From a virus: a stretch of DNA of 64,000 nucleotides. This document shows positions 1 through 9,187 of this stretch, in pieces. The stretch lies in the IMG/VR virus record IMGVR_UViG_3300005529_000001, positions 208,882 to 272,881 of that record. One strand, given 5' to 3'. Both the position numbers and the translations under genes were made by a program. The notes beneath the pieces are model-generated. The model made no database searches. It saw only the letters and a program-made list of their open reading frames with translations, and was not told where the DNA came from. Every line of letters starts with the position of its first letter. Position 1 is the stretch's first letter.

Positions 1-789
1 GTCAGCGAACTCAGCCGCTGTCATGCCCACCCACTCGTGAACCGAGACGTTCTGGTCAGCCCCAACACGATGTCGCCAATCATGCAGGTCATCTAGAATC
101 TCTCCGGGTTCAGCACAACCCGAAGCGTAACGAAGCATGAAGGGACCCTCGCAGATGTTGTCTTTGCGGTTCTGAAACAACATGTCAATCCTCTCTTTGC
201 GGATCTTCGCTTCATATTCAGCTGCCCGCATGAGGTTATGACTGTTCTCTTGACCCTTCTTGTGTGAACGTAGTCCGCGCCATAGGAACTTGCGAGTTTG
301 GCTGTCAAGTTGCAGTGCCAGCTTGACAAAAATGAACCAACTGTCAATGTCGAGGGGCGTCAACACTCTGATGCTGAAACGGATCAGGTTGGTCGTGATC
401 CAGAGGGGGCATGTCATGATAATCATGGGCAGACCGAAGATGGCGATGCCGATCCCGGCTGAACCCATGTACTCGTCACCCATCATGTCGCCCCATTCAG
501 CGACACCAACGGTGCCCTCTTCAGCATCAATGGCGATGCTCCAACTCTGGCCTTTGCCATTGACACCCCTGATGATGACCATCGCGGGGGTCTCCAACAT
601 CTCAGGTTCCTGAAGGTCGTGACCATGCCAGTACTTGCCCCACTCATCGGGGTGTTTCCCTCGAGCCCTATAAGTGACATCAGTGACCCGGAGACTGCCA
701 AAGTAAGGCAGGTTCAACGCCTTGATGGGAGCAATGACGTTGCTCATCAAGAGAGCACCAACCCACGTGTCCAGCAATGAACTAAGCAT
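1..789 (-). CDS. hypothetical protein, partial (C-terminus beyond the left edge)
   Basis: Hand translation from ATG at 789..787 (MLSSLLDTWVGALLMSNV...) runs open to position 1; ATGA overlap with the stop of the upstream gene; not in the ORF track because there is no in-window stop. Confidence 0.45.
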   Translation of the reverse strand, partial: MLSSLLDTWVGALLMSNVIAPIKALNLPYFGSLRVTDVTYRARGKHPDEWGKYWHGHDLQEPEMLETPAMVIIRGVNGKGQSWSIAIDAEEGTVGVAEWGDMMGDEYMGSAGIGIAIFGLPMIIMTCPLWITTNLIRFSIRVLTPLDIDSWFIFVKLALQLDSQTRKFLWRGLRSHKKGQENSHNLMRAAEYEAKIRKERIDMLFQNRKDNICEGPFMLRYASGCAEPGEILDDLHDWRHRVGADQNVSVHEWVGMTAAEFAD

Positions 790-1100
790 CACTCCACCTC
801 CGTCTCGACGTCGACCTTGACCGTCGCTTTACCCAAGCTATTGACATGATAGAAGACGAAGTTGGCACCAAATCGTGCAGCATCATCGACAAACATCTCA
901 AGATCGCTCTTCTTGGTGAAAACAAAGACCCTGACTTCGTCAACGGCATAGGAAGTGCCGCTATCGTGACGGTCGTAAGGGGGTGAGTACTCGTTACGTT
1001 GAGTGAAGAGCAGCACTTGGAAGTGAGGTCCCACGGGCATCTTGTCACGCTTTTTCAGCTCGAAGCTGAGCCAACGATACGTACTGAATTCTTTGTTCAC
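789..1100 (-). CDS. hypothetical protein (103 aa)
   Basis: ORF in the minus-strand gene series; stop overlaps the downstream start. Confidence 0.55.
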   Translation of the reverse strand: MNKEFSTYRWLSFELKKRDKMPVGPHFQVLLFTQRNEYSPPYDRHDSGTSYAVDEVRVFVFTKKSDLEMFVDDAARFGANFVFYHVNSLGKATVKVDVETEVE

Positions 1101-1444
1101 CGATCTCTCCTCCCCTTCTGGCTGTTACGAAGCTGCTTCGCCTTTCGAAGCTGGATCGATTCCTGCTTGTTTGGAATGTGCTCTCGCGTTGCGAGCTCGT
1201 TTTTCAGCTCAGCGATGGTGACCTGCACGTCGACGTAATCGTCATAACCGAACGCTCGTGGCTGCACGTAAGCTTGCTCGTAGTACTTCTCTTTCGACGT
1301 GTAGGCATCGATGGGAGGCAACATGAACATGGCTCGGTCAAAGTTGATCTTGATGAGTTGTTGGTCAAACGCACACGAATACCGCAGGGCCTTCAACAGG
1401 ACCCGGGTGTGCATGCGCTTCAGATCTTTGGCGGTGATGCTCAC
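1097..1444 (-). CDS. hypothetical protein (115 aa)
   Basis: ORF with 4-nt overlap coupling to neighbours. Confidence 0.55.
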   Translation of the reverse strand: MSITAKDLKRMHTRVLLKALRYSCAFDQQLIKINFDRAMFMLPPIDAYTSKEKYYEQAYVQPRAFGYDDYVDVQVTIAELKNELATREHIPNKQESIQLRKAKQLRNSQKGRRDR

Positions 1445-1737
1445 TTACACTCGCAGATGGCGGGCTTGGAGCCCCAGACCGAAGTGTCGCTGTATGCGCA
1501 CTCCTTGACTCCTGCATCAGCACACTTCTCAGCGCAAGTGATGCAGAAGCACTCTGACTCAAACTTACAACGTCCAGGTTCCTCCGGAGGCGTCTTGACA
1601 CGACACGAGTGCATCCAATTGTCGCACTCGAGGTTCGGGCTGTTGCAGGTGCCATCCTTGTTGCAAGCGCCACCGAAGTCACCGGGATGGTTTTGACAAC
1701 CAACCAGGAATGCTAACAAGAACAAGATCTTTTTCAT
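1441..1737 (-). CDS. cysteine-rich secreted lipoprotein (98 aa)
   Basis: N-terminal MKKILFLLAFLVGC lipobox-type signal peptide; 16 Cys in the mature part. Confidence 0.6.
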   Translation of the reverse strand: MKKILFLLAFLVGCQNHPGDFGGACNKDGTCNSPNLECDNWMHSCRVKTPPEEPGRCKFESECFCITCAEKCADAGVKECAYSDTSVWGSKPAICECK

Positions 1738-2729
1738 CAGAAGTTCCCTGGGGCGACTTGGAACGTGTGAAAGCCCATCTCACGCCAGTTGTCAACGACC
1801 TGGTTCCGGTCGTCCAAGATGAAGAGGATGTTCCACTTCCCCTTGATCTCGTTGTCGTACATCTCACGCTTGATGACGGCGTCCTTGCGCTGGTCACCCG
1901 TCTTGCGCATGTGCAGCTCGTACGGGATTCCAGGCAGGTGCTCCGCCAGGAACCGCTCGGTCGGCTCGCGGTACTTCTCCTGGCGACCCGACGTGAACAG
2001 AATCTTGATCGTCTTGGGATCCCGGTTTTCCTTGACTGCACGGGCGCACAGGTACACGTACATCCCCTTGATGCACTCGATGACAGGCGTGTTGGGCGGG
2101 TCCTGGTCGCAGTTGGTCGCGTCGTACGGGTCACGGCCGTTCAGCAACGAGGCAGTACCGTCCAGGTCGCTGTCGATGGTCGTCGGCAACGCCGGGTCGA
2201 ACTCGTAAGCCATCCCGTTGTCGCCGCCCTGGCCGGGAGCCCAACGGGGCGGGTAGTACGCTTCCTTGTCGGACAGCTTGCGGCCCTTGTCCAGGCCAGC
2301 ACCACGGGCCATGTCCTTGATGACCTTCTCACCAACGTGGGCAAAGCCCTCTCGCTTCGAGTCACGCTCGATGCAAGTGGCGACGCTCTCGTTGATGCCG
2401 ACCTCGATGACCTTGATGTCACCGATCGACTTGGCGAGGTCATGCATGCTCCTGACGGTCTTGGGAACCAGGTGGGTGTCATCCAAGATGACATCAAAGC
2501 CCTCCCGGATCGCCTGGCGAACCAGCTCAGCCTTGAAATTGCGGACCAGGTCTTCCCGCTCGTTGCGGTTGCCGCTGTACGGGTTGTTGCCCGGTCCCAC
2601 GCACATGCCCCGCAGGTCGTCACGGTTGATCCGGACCCAACGGGTCGGCTCCTTCTTGATGACCTCGGCAGCCTTGCGTGACTTGCCGCTTCCCGGCAAG
2701 CCCTTCATGATCATGATCGTTCGCATCAA
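1737..2729 (-). CDS. polynucleotide 5'-kinase/3'-phosphatase (T4 Pnk-like)
   Basis: N-terminal P-loop GLPGSGKS kinase; DSDLDGT (DxDGT) HAD phosphatase motif. Confidence 0.8.
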   Translation of the reverse strand: MMRTIMIMKGLPGSGKSRKAAEVIKKEPTRWVRINRDDLRGMCVGPGNNPYSGNRNEREDLVRNFKAELVRQAIREGFDVILDDTHLVPKTVRSMHDLAKSIGDIKVIEVGINESVATCIERDSKREGFAHVGEKVIKDMARGAGLDKGRKLSDKEAYYPPRWAPGQGGDNGMAYEFDPALPTTIDSDLDGTASLLNGRDPYDATNCDQDPPNTPVIECIKGMYVYLCARAVKENRDPKTIKILFTSGRQEKYREPTERFLAEHLPGIPYELHMRKTGDQRKDAVIKREMYDNEIKGKWNILFILDDRNQVVDNWREMGFHTFQVAPGNF

Positions 2730-3148
2730 CCTCTCCTAAGTTTTTCCAACCTTCGTTGCGCCGCAGCTAAGTCAGCCTCGGCTTGCTTCACGCGGTCTGC
2801 TTTGAGAGCAGCCTGACGCTCAGCCTCCTTGCGTTCTTTCGTAGCCTTGGCCTCCGCGACACGAGCTCGCTGGTCAACGACATGAACCTCCGTGACATGG
2901 AACTCGATGAGTTCGGGTACCATGCCCGGCGTTGACAATGCGGTGATCCTACTCTTTGCTGAACCAAGCTTGATCCAGAGCCTGGCATCTTCAAGTTTCT
3001 CTTCCCACCCGGCCCGGACGTTTTTCGAGTAGGTCTTGTAATACTTGTTCGACACCGGGTGGCGAATCGCGTAAAAAGTCGCTAGTGGTTTCGGCGACTC
3101 CGTCTGGTTCCAGAGCCTAGAGTGCACGTTGCCGGGGTCGACGTCCAT
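2726..3148 (-). CDS. hypothetical protein (140 aa), charged coiled-coil C-terminus
   Basis: ORF, translationally coupled to neighbours. Confidence 0.5.
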   Translation of the reverse strand: MDVDPGNVHSRLWNQTESPKPLATFYAIRHPVSNKYYKTYSKNVRAGWEEKLEDARLWIKLGSAKSRITALSTPGMVPELIEFHVTEVHVVDQRARVAEAKATKERKEAERQAALKADRVKQAEADLAAAQRRLEKLRRG

Positions 3149-3185
3149 GCCCGAACCTTAATCCAGACCAGGACGGGTTTTTCAC

Positions 3186-3695
3186 TCACTCGGGCAAAGC
3201 TGCCGACCCAAACACACGGTCCCAGACGAATGAAATGATGCCGTAGTTGACAGTCATGTCATGATGATGCAAGAAATGAAGCCTTCGCAGCCGCTTGTAC
3301 CACTTGAAGTGACCCCACGCGTGTTTCCGGACATGAAAGCTGTCATGGACATAGTCGTTGAAGAGCGCGAAAGCAATGATGCAGATACCAAGCACGCCGA
3401 CCATCCAATGAGGAGCACCAAGCACCCAAAGCAGCCCACCGAACACCGCTAGAATAACCAAGAGGGGCGGGGTGAAGAGCAATGGGCCGCTGTGGTACCA
3501 CTTTGCTGTGCGGTACTTGTCGCTGGTCAGCTTCCCGACGGGATACAGGTCAAGGTGGTGTTCCATGTGACCCTTGTACGCCGGTCCCGCCCATTTCTGG
3601 TGGATGGCCCAATGTACAACATGACCAAAGAAGCTGGCGATGACGAAGGAGGCTAGGATGGTGAGCAGCAAGAGCATGGCGCCCCTCCTGATCAT
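3186..3695 (-). CDS. integral membrane His-box hydroxylase/desaturase-like protein (fatty acid hydroxylase superfamily, CrtZ/ERG3-like)
   Basis: 169 aa with about 4 hydrophobic segments; His boxes HVVHWAIH, HMEHH, HDSFHVRKH, HFLHHH. Confidence 0.55.
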   Translation of the reverse strand: MIRRGAMLLLLTILASFVIASFFGHVVHWAIHQKWAGPAYKGHMEHHLDLYPVGKLTSDKYRTAKWYHSGPLLFTPPLLVILAVFGGLLWVLGAPHWMVGVLGICIIAFALFNDYVHDSFHVRKHAWGHFKWYKRLRRLHFLHHHDMTVNYGIISFVWDRVFGSAALPE

Positions 3696-3720
3696 AGGAT
3701 AGGGGCGCCCACGTCCGTGT

Positions 3721-4782
3721 TCAGCCGCGCAAGCGCAAATATCTTTCAGTCATGTCCACCAGGAACCGGTCGATCGAGACCCGGTCAGCTTCCCGGCGAA
3801 GCGTTGACGTCTGGTAGAGCTCTTCAGCACGTGTTTCGAGCTTCTCGGCGCCCTCGACCAGGTCATCGTACGAGAGCGACCCACGGCGGATGCCCATCAG
3901 GAAGTCACGCTGCTCATCAAACCACTTGACATGGACCCGGTGCTTCTCGAGGATCTCGATCCCCATCAGCTCCAACCGATACAGGTGCATGCCGTGCTTG
4001 GTGTCATACCCGAATTTGGCTTCGAGCTCGGCCCGCTTGGGGTTACGAGTCTTCAGCCAGTTCTGGTATTGCCCGTAATGGGCCATTGCCGCCTGGTACG
4101 CTTTCTCCCTGGTGAAGAGGGTGACAACGTCCTTTGGCAGCTCGATGCCCAGCTTTTCCTCAGCGGCGAGCTTGATGGCGATGGCTTGTTGCATCGGAGA
4201 CACGTGCGCGCCGTCATCGATGCTGGGCATCCCCAGCAACGAATCGAACGCTCCCAGCTCAGACTTGCTGACCTTGACCTTTTCATTCAGGCCAAACTCC
4301 TCGCGAGTGGGGGCGGTCTTGGGCGGGTCCAGCAACCACTTGCGATGGGTCTTGATCCGGTGCAGCTGCGCATGAGCGTATCCCGAAAAAGTGAACTTCG
4401 CTTTCTTGGACAGGAAGTCATCGCGGCGTGCACGGAGCTCTTCACCAAACGAATCGATCTTGATGATGTCAGAGTCATCGACGTGGAGAACCTCGATGAT
4501 GTTGGGGTTGCAGTCAGCAGCCAGGCTCGCGAACTTCTCGAGCGAGTAGATGACCACGTCAGCGTCCTTGCCCTTGAGGGACTTCAACGCAGCAAGGTTG
4601 CCACCCTCCTTGTTTCCCATCCGCTCGTACTGCTCGAAACGCTGGGTGAAACCAAAGTACGCTTCCTTGGGCTTGATGCACACCCCCTTGAAATCCTCGT
4701 CGGACTCGGGCGTGTTCAGACCGTAAGCGTGGCTGCCGTGCCTCACCAACAGGATCGAGCGTTGGTCAACATCGAAATTCAT
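3721..4782 (-). CDS. predicted nucleotidyltransferase (pol-beta superfamily, PF10127-like)
   Basis: N-terminal RHGSHAYGLNTPESDEDFKGV motif (GS..YG ... SD.D). Confidence 0.6.
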   Translation of the reverse strand: MNFDVDQRSILLVRHGSHAYGLNTPESDEDFKGVCIKPKEAYFGFTQRFEQYERMGNKEGGNLAALKSLKGKDADVVIYSLEKFASLAADCNPNIIEVLHVDDSDIIKIDSFGEELRARRDDFLSKKAKFTFSGYAHAQLHRIKTHRKWLLDPPKTAPTREEFGLNEKVKVSKSELGAFDSLLGMPSIDDGAHVSPMQQAIAIKLAAEEKLGIELPKDVVTLFTREKAYQAAMAHYGQYQNWLKTRNPKRAELEAKFGYDTKHGMHLYRLELMGIEILEKHRVHVKWFDEQRDFLMGIRRGSLSYDDLVEGAEKLETRAEELYQTSTLRREADRVSIDRFLVDMTERYLRLRG

Positions 4783-4818
4783 AGCCTGCGGATCCTACTA
4801 CGACCCAACTATGATGGT

Positions 4819-5508
4819 TCACAACGGGAGATCGTGGACCGTAACCGCAGCGTTGCTGATGACCGTCTCGCCGATCTTGTCCCATCCCGCAGCATGGTGG
4901 ATGTGGCCACAAAGGACGGCTTTCAATGGTTTGATGAAACGTCCGTAGTCCATGGCATTTCTCAACGCCACGGTGCCACAATGTTGTCCCCAGCCATTCA
5001 CATCGAGAGAACCGAACGGCGGCGAGTGCGTGACCAGCACGTCAACAGAGCCCTGGTTGCAGCGATCGACCAACGTATCAACCAACTCGAGCATCCTCGG
5101 AGCTTCGGTGCTGAAAGCCCACTCTGGACCGATCCAGGGCACGTACGGGAATCCCGTCCACCTCAACCCGCCAACCTCGACAACGTTGTCAACGAGGTTA
5201 AACGCGTTGATACCCATCACCTTCAGGTCCGGGACCGGATCGAAGAAGTCATGATTGCCCGGACAGAACAAGAAAGGCAGATCACCGCACAGTTGCTTGA
5301 TGTCAGCTTCAACGCGGTGAAGCCACGTCTGTTGGGTGTAGACAGACGCAGGCCTGACACGTGAACTAGCATCGAGACGGACCTGTTCATCCTTGGTCAA
5401 GTACCCGTCGGGTCCAAAGTCTCCCGAACACACGACGATGTCATATCCCGTAACCGGTGAGAGGGCCGGGATGCGACCGTGGTTGTCGGAAAAATGAAGG
5501 ACACGCAC
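4819..5508 (-). CDS. calcineurin-like metallophosphoesterase
   Basis: Motifs HFSDNHG, GDFGPDG, GNHD, GHIHH. Confidence 0.75.
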   Translation of the reverse strand: MRVLHFSDNHGRIPALSPVTGYDIVVCSGDFGPDGYLTKDEQVRLDASSRVRPASVYTQQTWLHRVEADIKQLCGDLPFLFCPGNHDFFDPVPDLKVMGINAFNLVDNVVEVGGLRWTGFPYVPWIGPEWAFSTEAPRMLELVDTLVDRCNQGSVDVLVTHSPPFGSLDVNGWGQHCGTVALRNAMDYGRFIKPLKAVLCGHIHHAAGWDKIGETVISNAAVTVHDLPL

Positions 5509-5533
5509 CTGACCGATCGTACCGCGAAAACCC

Positions 5534-5944
5534 TTAGACTTTCACTCTCGTCGAGACAATCTCAAATGTTTCTGTCTCGATTTGTAGGTAAGTTGTCAAC
5601 AGGCCTGAGCTGTTGTAATCGAGCTTGTCAAACCACATCTTCTGGGGACGTACCCTAAACTTCCACAGCTCAACGACAGTGCCCACAGGGTCCAAGAACT
5701 TCAGCTCCCCATCTTTCGACAGAGGCGCATCGAGCCAGGCTTTGAGGCGTTCGTTTTGATCGCCACTAGCTACGTTAAAAAGCCCAAGGACCAAAATCTT
5801 AGTCGAACTATTTGATTCGATCACCGGTGGTTCGACCGTCTTGACGAGGTAGGCGTCAACGCCCTCCAACATCATGACCCAGCGATTGACTCGCAAGGGT
5901 TCGAACTTGTTTGGCAACAGCTTATTTTCGTCTACAATCTTCAT
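5534..5944 (-). CDS. tail tube protein paralog (gp19 family-like), second copy
   Basis: N-terminus LPNKFEPLRVNRWVMMLEGVDAYLVKT matches the tube protein at 34721..35209 (LPNKFEPKRKNRWVLMIEGIDAYIMKT). Confidence 0.55.
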   Translation of the reverse strand: MKIVDENKLLPNKFEPLRVNRWVMMLEGVDAYLVKTVEPPVIESNSSTKILVLGLFNVASGDQNERLKAWLDAPLSKDGELKFLDPVGTVVELWKFRVRPQKMWFDKLDYNSSGLLTTYLQIETETFEIVSTRVKV

Positions 5945-5970
5945 GATCCTAGCTAGACGCTAGGTCAGGA

Positions 5971-6378
5971 TCAGTAGCCGTTATTGATCCGGTCAGTGTT
6001 GACGTCGCCCTTATCCAGGTACGCCTTGACTAACTCATCAAGGCTGATGCCGCTAGCAATGACCAGCTCGAAGTACAGGTGAAGAGCATCAACCAACTCC
6101 TCTTTGTATGCTTCGCGATCGACCTCAGGAAGCTCAGTTGCACGGTGAGACTTGGCGTTCTTCAGGTGCAATCCCGCCTCAAACAGCTCTTCAAAGATGT
6201 GGTTCCTGATGTCTTTCAGGAACTTCTGGCCTTTCTTGGACGTGATGTCCGTCGGAAACTCCGGGAAACCACGCTTCTCCTGGAGAAGATGCATGAAAGC
6301 GACCTGCTGGTCCCACATCGCTTTCAACCTGTCAGAATGCTGGTCCCCTGTCGGGGTGAGTTCAATTTCTGCGTTCAT
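5971..6378 (-). CDS. MazG-like nucleotide pyrophosphohydrolase
   Basis: All-alpha protein with EELFEA / EELVDALH acidic motifs typical of MazG/HisE. Confidence 0.6.
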   Translation of the reverse strand: MNAEIELTPTGDQHSDRLKAMWDQQVAFMHLLQEKRGFPEFPTDITSKKGQKFLKDIRNHIFEELFEAGLHLKNAKSHRATELPEVDREAYKEELVDALHLYFELVIASGISLDELVKAYLDKGDVNTDRINNGY

Positions 6379-6386
6379 GGTTTGTT

Positions 6387-6653
6387 TCAGTTGTCGGAAT
6401 CAGGTGGGATGATGAACTTGTTTCCACGCGTCTGGGCCTGGATCTCACGAGCCTGTGCCAACATCTTTTCGTGCATCTCACGGACCTGTTTCTGGTACTC
6501 TGGCGACAACACCAACACGTGAGAGTCTGATTCGTCAGGAATACAGCGGATCTGTCGCAAGTAATCGCTGCAATCTGTCCCGGTCAGCATTGCTTCCTGG
6601 ACGATTTGGACGACACGGTGCCACACGCTGTCAGCAAACTTCAGTTCTTTCAT
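6387..6653 (-). CDS. hypothetical protein (88 aa)
   Basis: ORF. Confidence 0.5.
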   Translation of the reverse strand: MKELKFADSVWHRVVQIVQEAMLTGTDCSDYLRQIRCIPDESDSHVLVLSPEYQKQVREMHEKMLAQAREIQAQTRGNKFIIPPDSDN

Positions 6654-6674
6654 TGATAAGCCTCGAACGTGATC

Positions 6675-7292
6675 CTACATCGACTTGAGCCGGCTGATAC
6701 TGTCCCTGATGTCTTCCCCGAGTGAAGTTGGGCACTCCCTGCCCACGCAGTGCCATCCTGGAGTGGCACGACGGGCGAACAACTCGAGCCTGTTCGCTTC
6801 CGGGAACATGGCCTCAAAGCTTGCGTGAAGGTGTTGGGGTTTAATGGAATGTCCCAGGTTCGGGTAAAAGCAGACGCTCCTTTGTGAGTGATCTTCCAAG
6901 CTCTTGTAGACACTCTTACCCGAAGCGCAGATGTATGCTGTCTCGTGTGTCTGTCGAAACAGCCGGCCCATGCCAAAAGCCAAGCACTCATCGACGTACA
7001 TCATGTGCTTGGGCATCTTCTTCTTGGTCTTGACCCAGACAAAGTTCTGCTTCAATTTGAAGCCCCAACCCTGGTAGACCTGGATTCCCGCCTCCATGAA
7101 CGATCCTGGGACCCACAGGCCCAGGACACAACCATCGGGATCAGCGAGCGACGCTACGTCAAGACCGATGATGTCATTGAGCGTCATCACGCCGTACTGT
7201 GACTCCGCCGAACGACGCGTGTTCGCTTTCATTTTCGCCAGCTTGTCATCGAACGACCAAGGCGGGTCAGCAATGATGACTTGGAATTTCAT
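6675..7292 (-). CDS. N6-adenine DNA methyltransferase (MT-A70/DPPW type)
   Basis: N-terminal IIADPPW motif. Confidence 0.75.
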   Translation of the reverse strand: MKFQVIIADPPWSFDDKLAKMKANTRRSAESQYGVMTLNDIIGLDVASLADPDGCVLGLWVPGSFMEAGIQVYQGWGFKLKQNFVWVKTKKKMPKHMMYVDECLAFGMGRLFRQTHETAYICASGKSVYKSLEDHSQRSVCFYPNLGHSIKPQHLHASFEAMFPEANRLELFARRATPGWHCVGRECPTSLGEDIRDSISRLKSM

Positions 7293-7915
7293 GCGTGTTG
7301 GCTCGTTGAGCTGCGGATGACGTTCGTGTTCTCCAGCAATGCTCGGATGCTGTGATGGACGTCCATGACCGCGTCATGGTTGTCAACCAACGCATGACCG
7401 GGCCAGTTCATGCCGATGCCACGGTAAGCGACCCTCACTTTGGTCTGGAGGTCTGAGTCTTTCTCGTAGGAATCATCCGTGGTCGTTGACCGTTTGTACG
7501 AGGTACCTGACAACACCAACGTGATGTCAGAACGCTTGACAAGGTTGAACATCCACTTGTTCAACGTGGGGTTGATTCCCTCAGCTTCGCCATAAACGAA
7601 GCCAGACAGGGCCCATCGGTCAAGGATGACGATCTCGTGTTCTCTCATCAGCTTGGGCAGCTTAAACAGCTGGAAGTAGACCTTATTGAGGAACTGGACA
7701 AACTGGAACGTGTTGGGGTGACGTTTAGCAGCACCCGAGTCGAGCATCGAGTAGATGAGTTTCTTCATCCTCGGGTGAGCTTCCTTGGAAGGCTCAACGC
7801 GGATGACCCGGAAGCCTTCGGCTTTCAAGACGTTGGCAAGCAACTTCGATTGCGTTTCTTTGCCCACCTTGTCAGGGCCCTCGAACACCACCAGCTTAGC
7901 TCTCATTGTCACCAC
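7289..7915 (-). CDS. tmk: thymidylate (dTMP) kinase
   Basis: P-loop FEGPDKVGKET; LDRW motif. Confidence 0.8.
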   Translation of the reverse strand: MVTMRAKLVVFEGPDKVGKETQSKLLANVLKAEGFRVIRVEPSKEAHPRMKKLIYSMLDSGAAKRHPNTFQFVQFLNKVYFQLFKLPKLMREHEIVILDRWALSGFVYGEAEGINPTLNKWMFNLVKRSDITLVLSGTSYKRSTTTDDSYEKDSDLQTKVRVAYRGIGMNWPGHALVDNHDAVMDVHHSIRALLENTNVIRSSTSQHA

Positions 7916-7940
7916 ATCCTATCCCTTATCTGCGTCCAGT

Positions 7941-8912
7941 TCATTCGGCGGGGCGCGCGAGGAAGTTTGCTTCGTGCGGTAACGTCTTCCGAAGCTGGAC
8001 CCAGCCCCTGAAGTTGCCACAGAAGTTTTTGGCTGGATCGAAGTTGTCGGCGATGAATTGACCAGGAGTCCCGTACTTGTATTCCGCCTCACTGACTGTC
8101 ATCGGACGAGCAACGTGTTCGAACGGTGACATGTGTCCCGCCTTTTGGAGACGAGTCGCTAGATCGATGTCGGCTTTGATGTCACGCTTGCCGGTGTCAT
8201 GCGTCAGGTACGACACCCGAGCACACCGACCAGCGCTGATCCAACACGCTTCCTGCCACCGCATCATCACGCAAGGTCCCGGCACGGGCTCGTTCCACTC
8301 AGGCGAGTCATCAGCAAGGACAAACTCATCGGGCTGCATTAGCGGCAAATGCCACTCATTGGGCATGACCTGTTTCGGCTGGGACGCATCAAACGCACGC
8401 TTCATGTGTTCAGCAGCGGTTCGCATCTCGGGTTGAGCGGCTTTATGACAACGCAAGCCCCAAAAATTGTCCCACTCCGTTGCAGTAACGATGACCGTGT
8501 GCCACAACCATGGCTCAAGGATCCGGTTGGCGATCTGCTTGTGAAGGTCAATGTCTTCTAGCTGCAAACGCTCAACGTGTCGGACAGCGCTGTCTCGAGC
8601 ACGCAACCACTCCGCTTCAGCTTTGACTTTGGGCATAGGTTCCAGTTCAACCTCTGCCTCCATCCCCTTCTGGTTCTTTCCCCAGAAAACAGGAAGGAAC
8701 GGGTCATTTGTCACCCGTTCCAACATCTTCTTGATCGGAATCGCTCGGCTAGAAGCACTGTTCCGAGAGAACATCCGATGCGTGTTAAGCTCCGCCAACA
8801 CGATCCGAGGAAGAGTGACTTCCATCGTCACAAGCCGTGGTCCTAACGTTTGATGGTTGGGCCACTTGATTACCGGAATGCTATCAGCAAGAACTCGAGC
8901 GCTAAAACCCAT
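7941..8912 (-). CDS. thyX: flavin-dependent thymidylate synthase ThyX
   Basis: ThyX signature NTHRMFSRNSASSRA (RHRxxxxxS). Confidence 0.85.
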   Translation of the reverse strand: MGFSARVLADSIPVIKWPNHQTLGPRLVTMEVTLPRIVLAELNTHRMFSRNSASSRAIPIKKMLERVTNDPFLPVFWGKNQKGMEAEVELEPMPKVKAEAEWLRARDSAVRHVERLQLEDIDLHKQIANRILEPWLWHTVIVTATEWDNFWGLRCHKAAQPEMRTAAEHMKRAFDASQPKQVMPNEWHLPLMQPDEFVLADDSPEWNEPVPGPCVMMRWQEACWISAGRCARVSYLTHDTGKRDIKADIDLATRLQKAGHMSPFEHVARPMTVSEAEYKYGTPGQFIADNFDPAKNFCGNFRGWVQLRKTLPHEANFLARPAE

Positions 8913-8920
8913 ACCCCAAC

Positions 8921-9187
8921 TTACACCCGACGGGTGAAGTTGAATAACGCATCTTCTAAGACGTCGTAAAGCTTTTCTTCAAGAGTATCACACACATCAT
9001 TCATCGCAGCAATGGCTTCACGCTGGTCTGATGGGTTCTCGCTCTTGTTCAGCAAGATGAATTGCTTGATCCGATCACGGACCTGATCGACAAAGTCAGT
9101 CGTGTCTTGGCGCAGCGCCCATTCTGGAACGCCGTGAAGGTATTCTTCTCTGATCAGCTTTCTGACGGCGCCAAGTCTGACTTTCAC
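8921..9187 (-). CDS. small protein with N-terminal MKVRLGAVRKLIREE motif (candidate capsid-targeted/internal protein)
   Basis: ORF; shares its N-terminal motif with 9184..9555, 35276..35683, 57690..58244 and 34090..34614. Confidence 0.55.
   Translation of the reverse strand: MKVRLGAVRKLIREEYLHGVPEWALRQDTTDFVDQVRDRIKQFILLNKSENPSDQREAIAAMNDVCDTLEEKLYDVLEDALFNFTRRV

Noticed and set aside
1710-2681. 323-aa plus-strand ORF antisense to the Pnkp gene. Similar long plus-strand ORFs occur at 3931..5364, 35707..36360, 38945..39682, 59205..59780 and 61046..61648.
   Set aside because: These are open antisense or alternative frames typical of GC-rich DNA, with low-complexity Arg/Leu/Val-rich translations and no motifs. 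Each lies entirely within a minus-strand gene that has a clear family signature.
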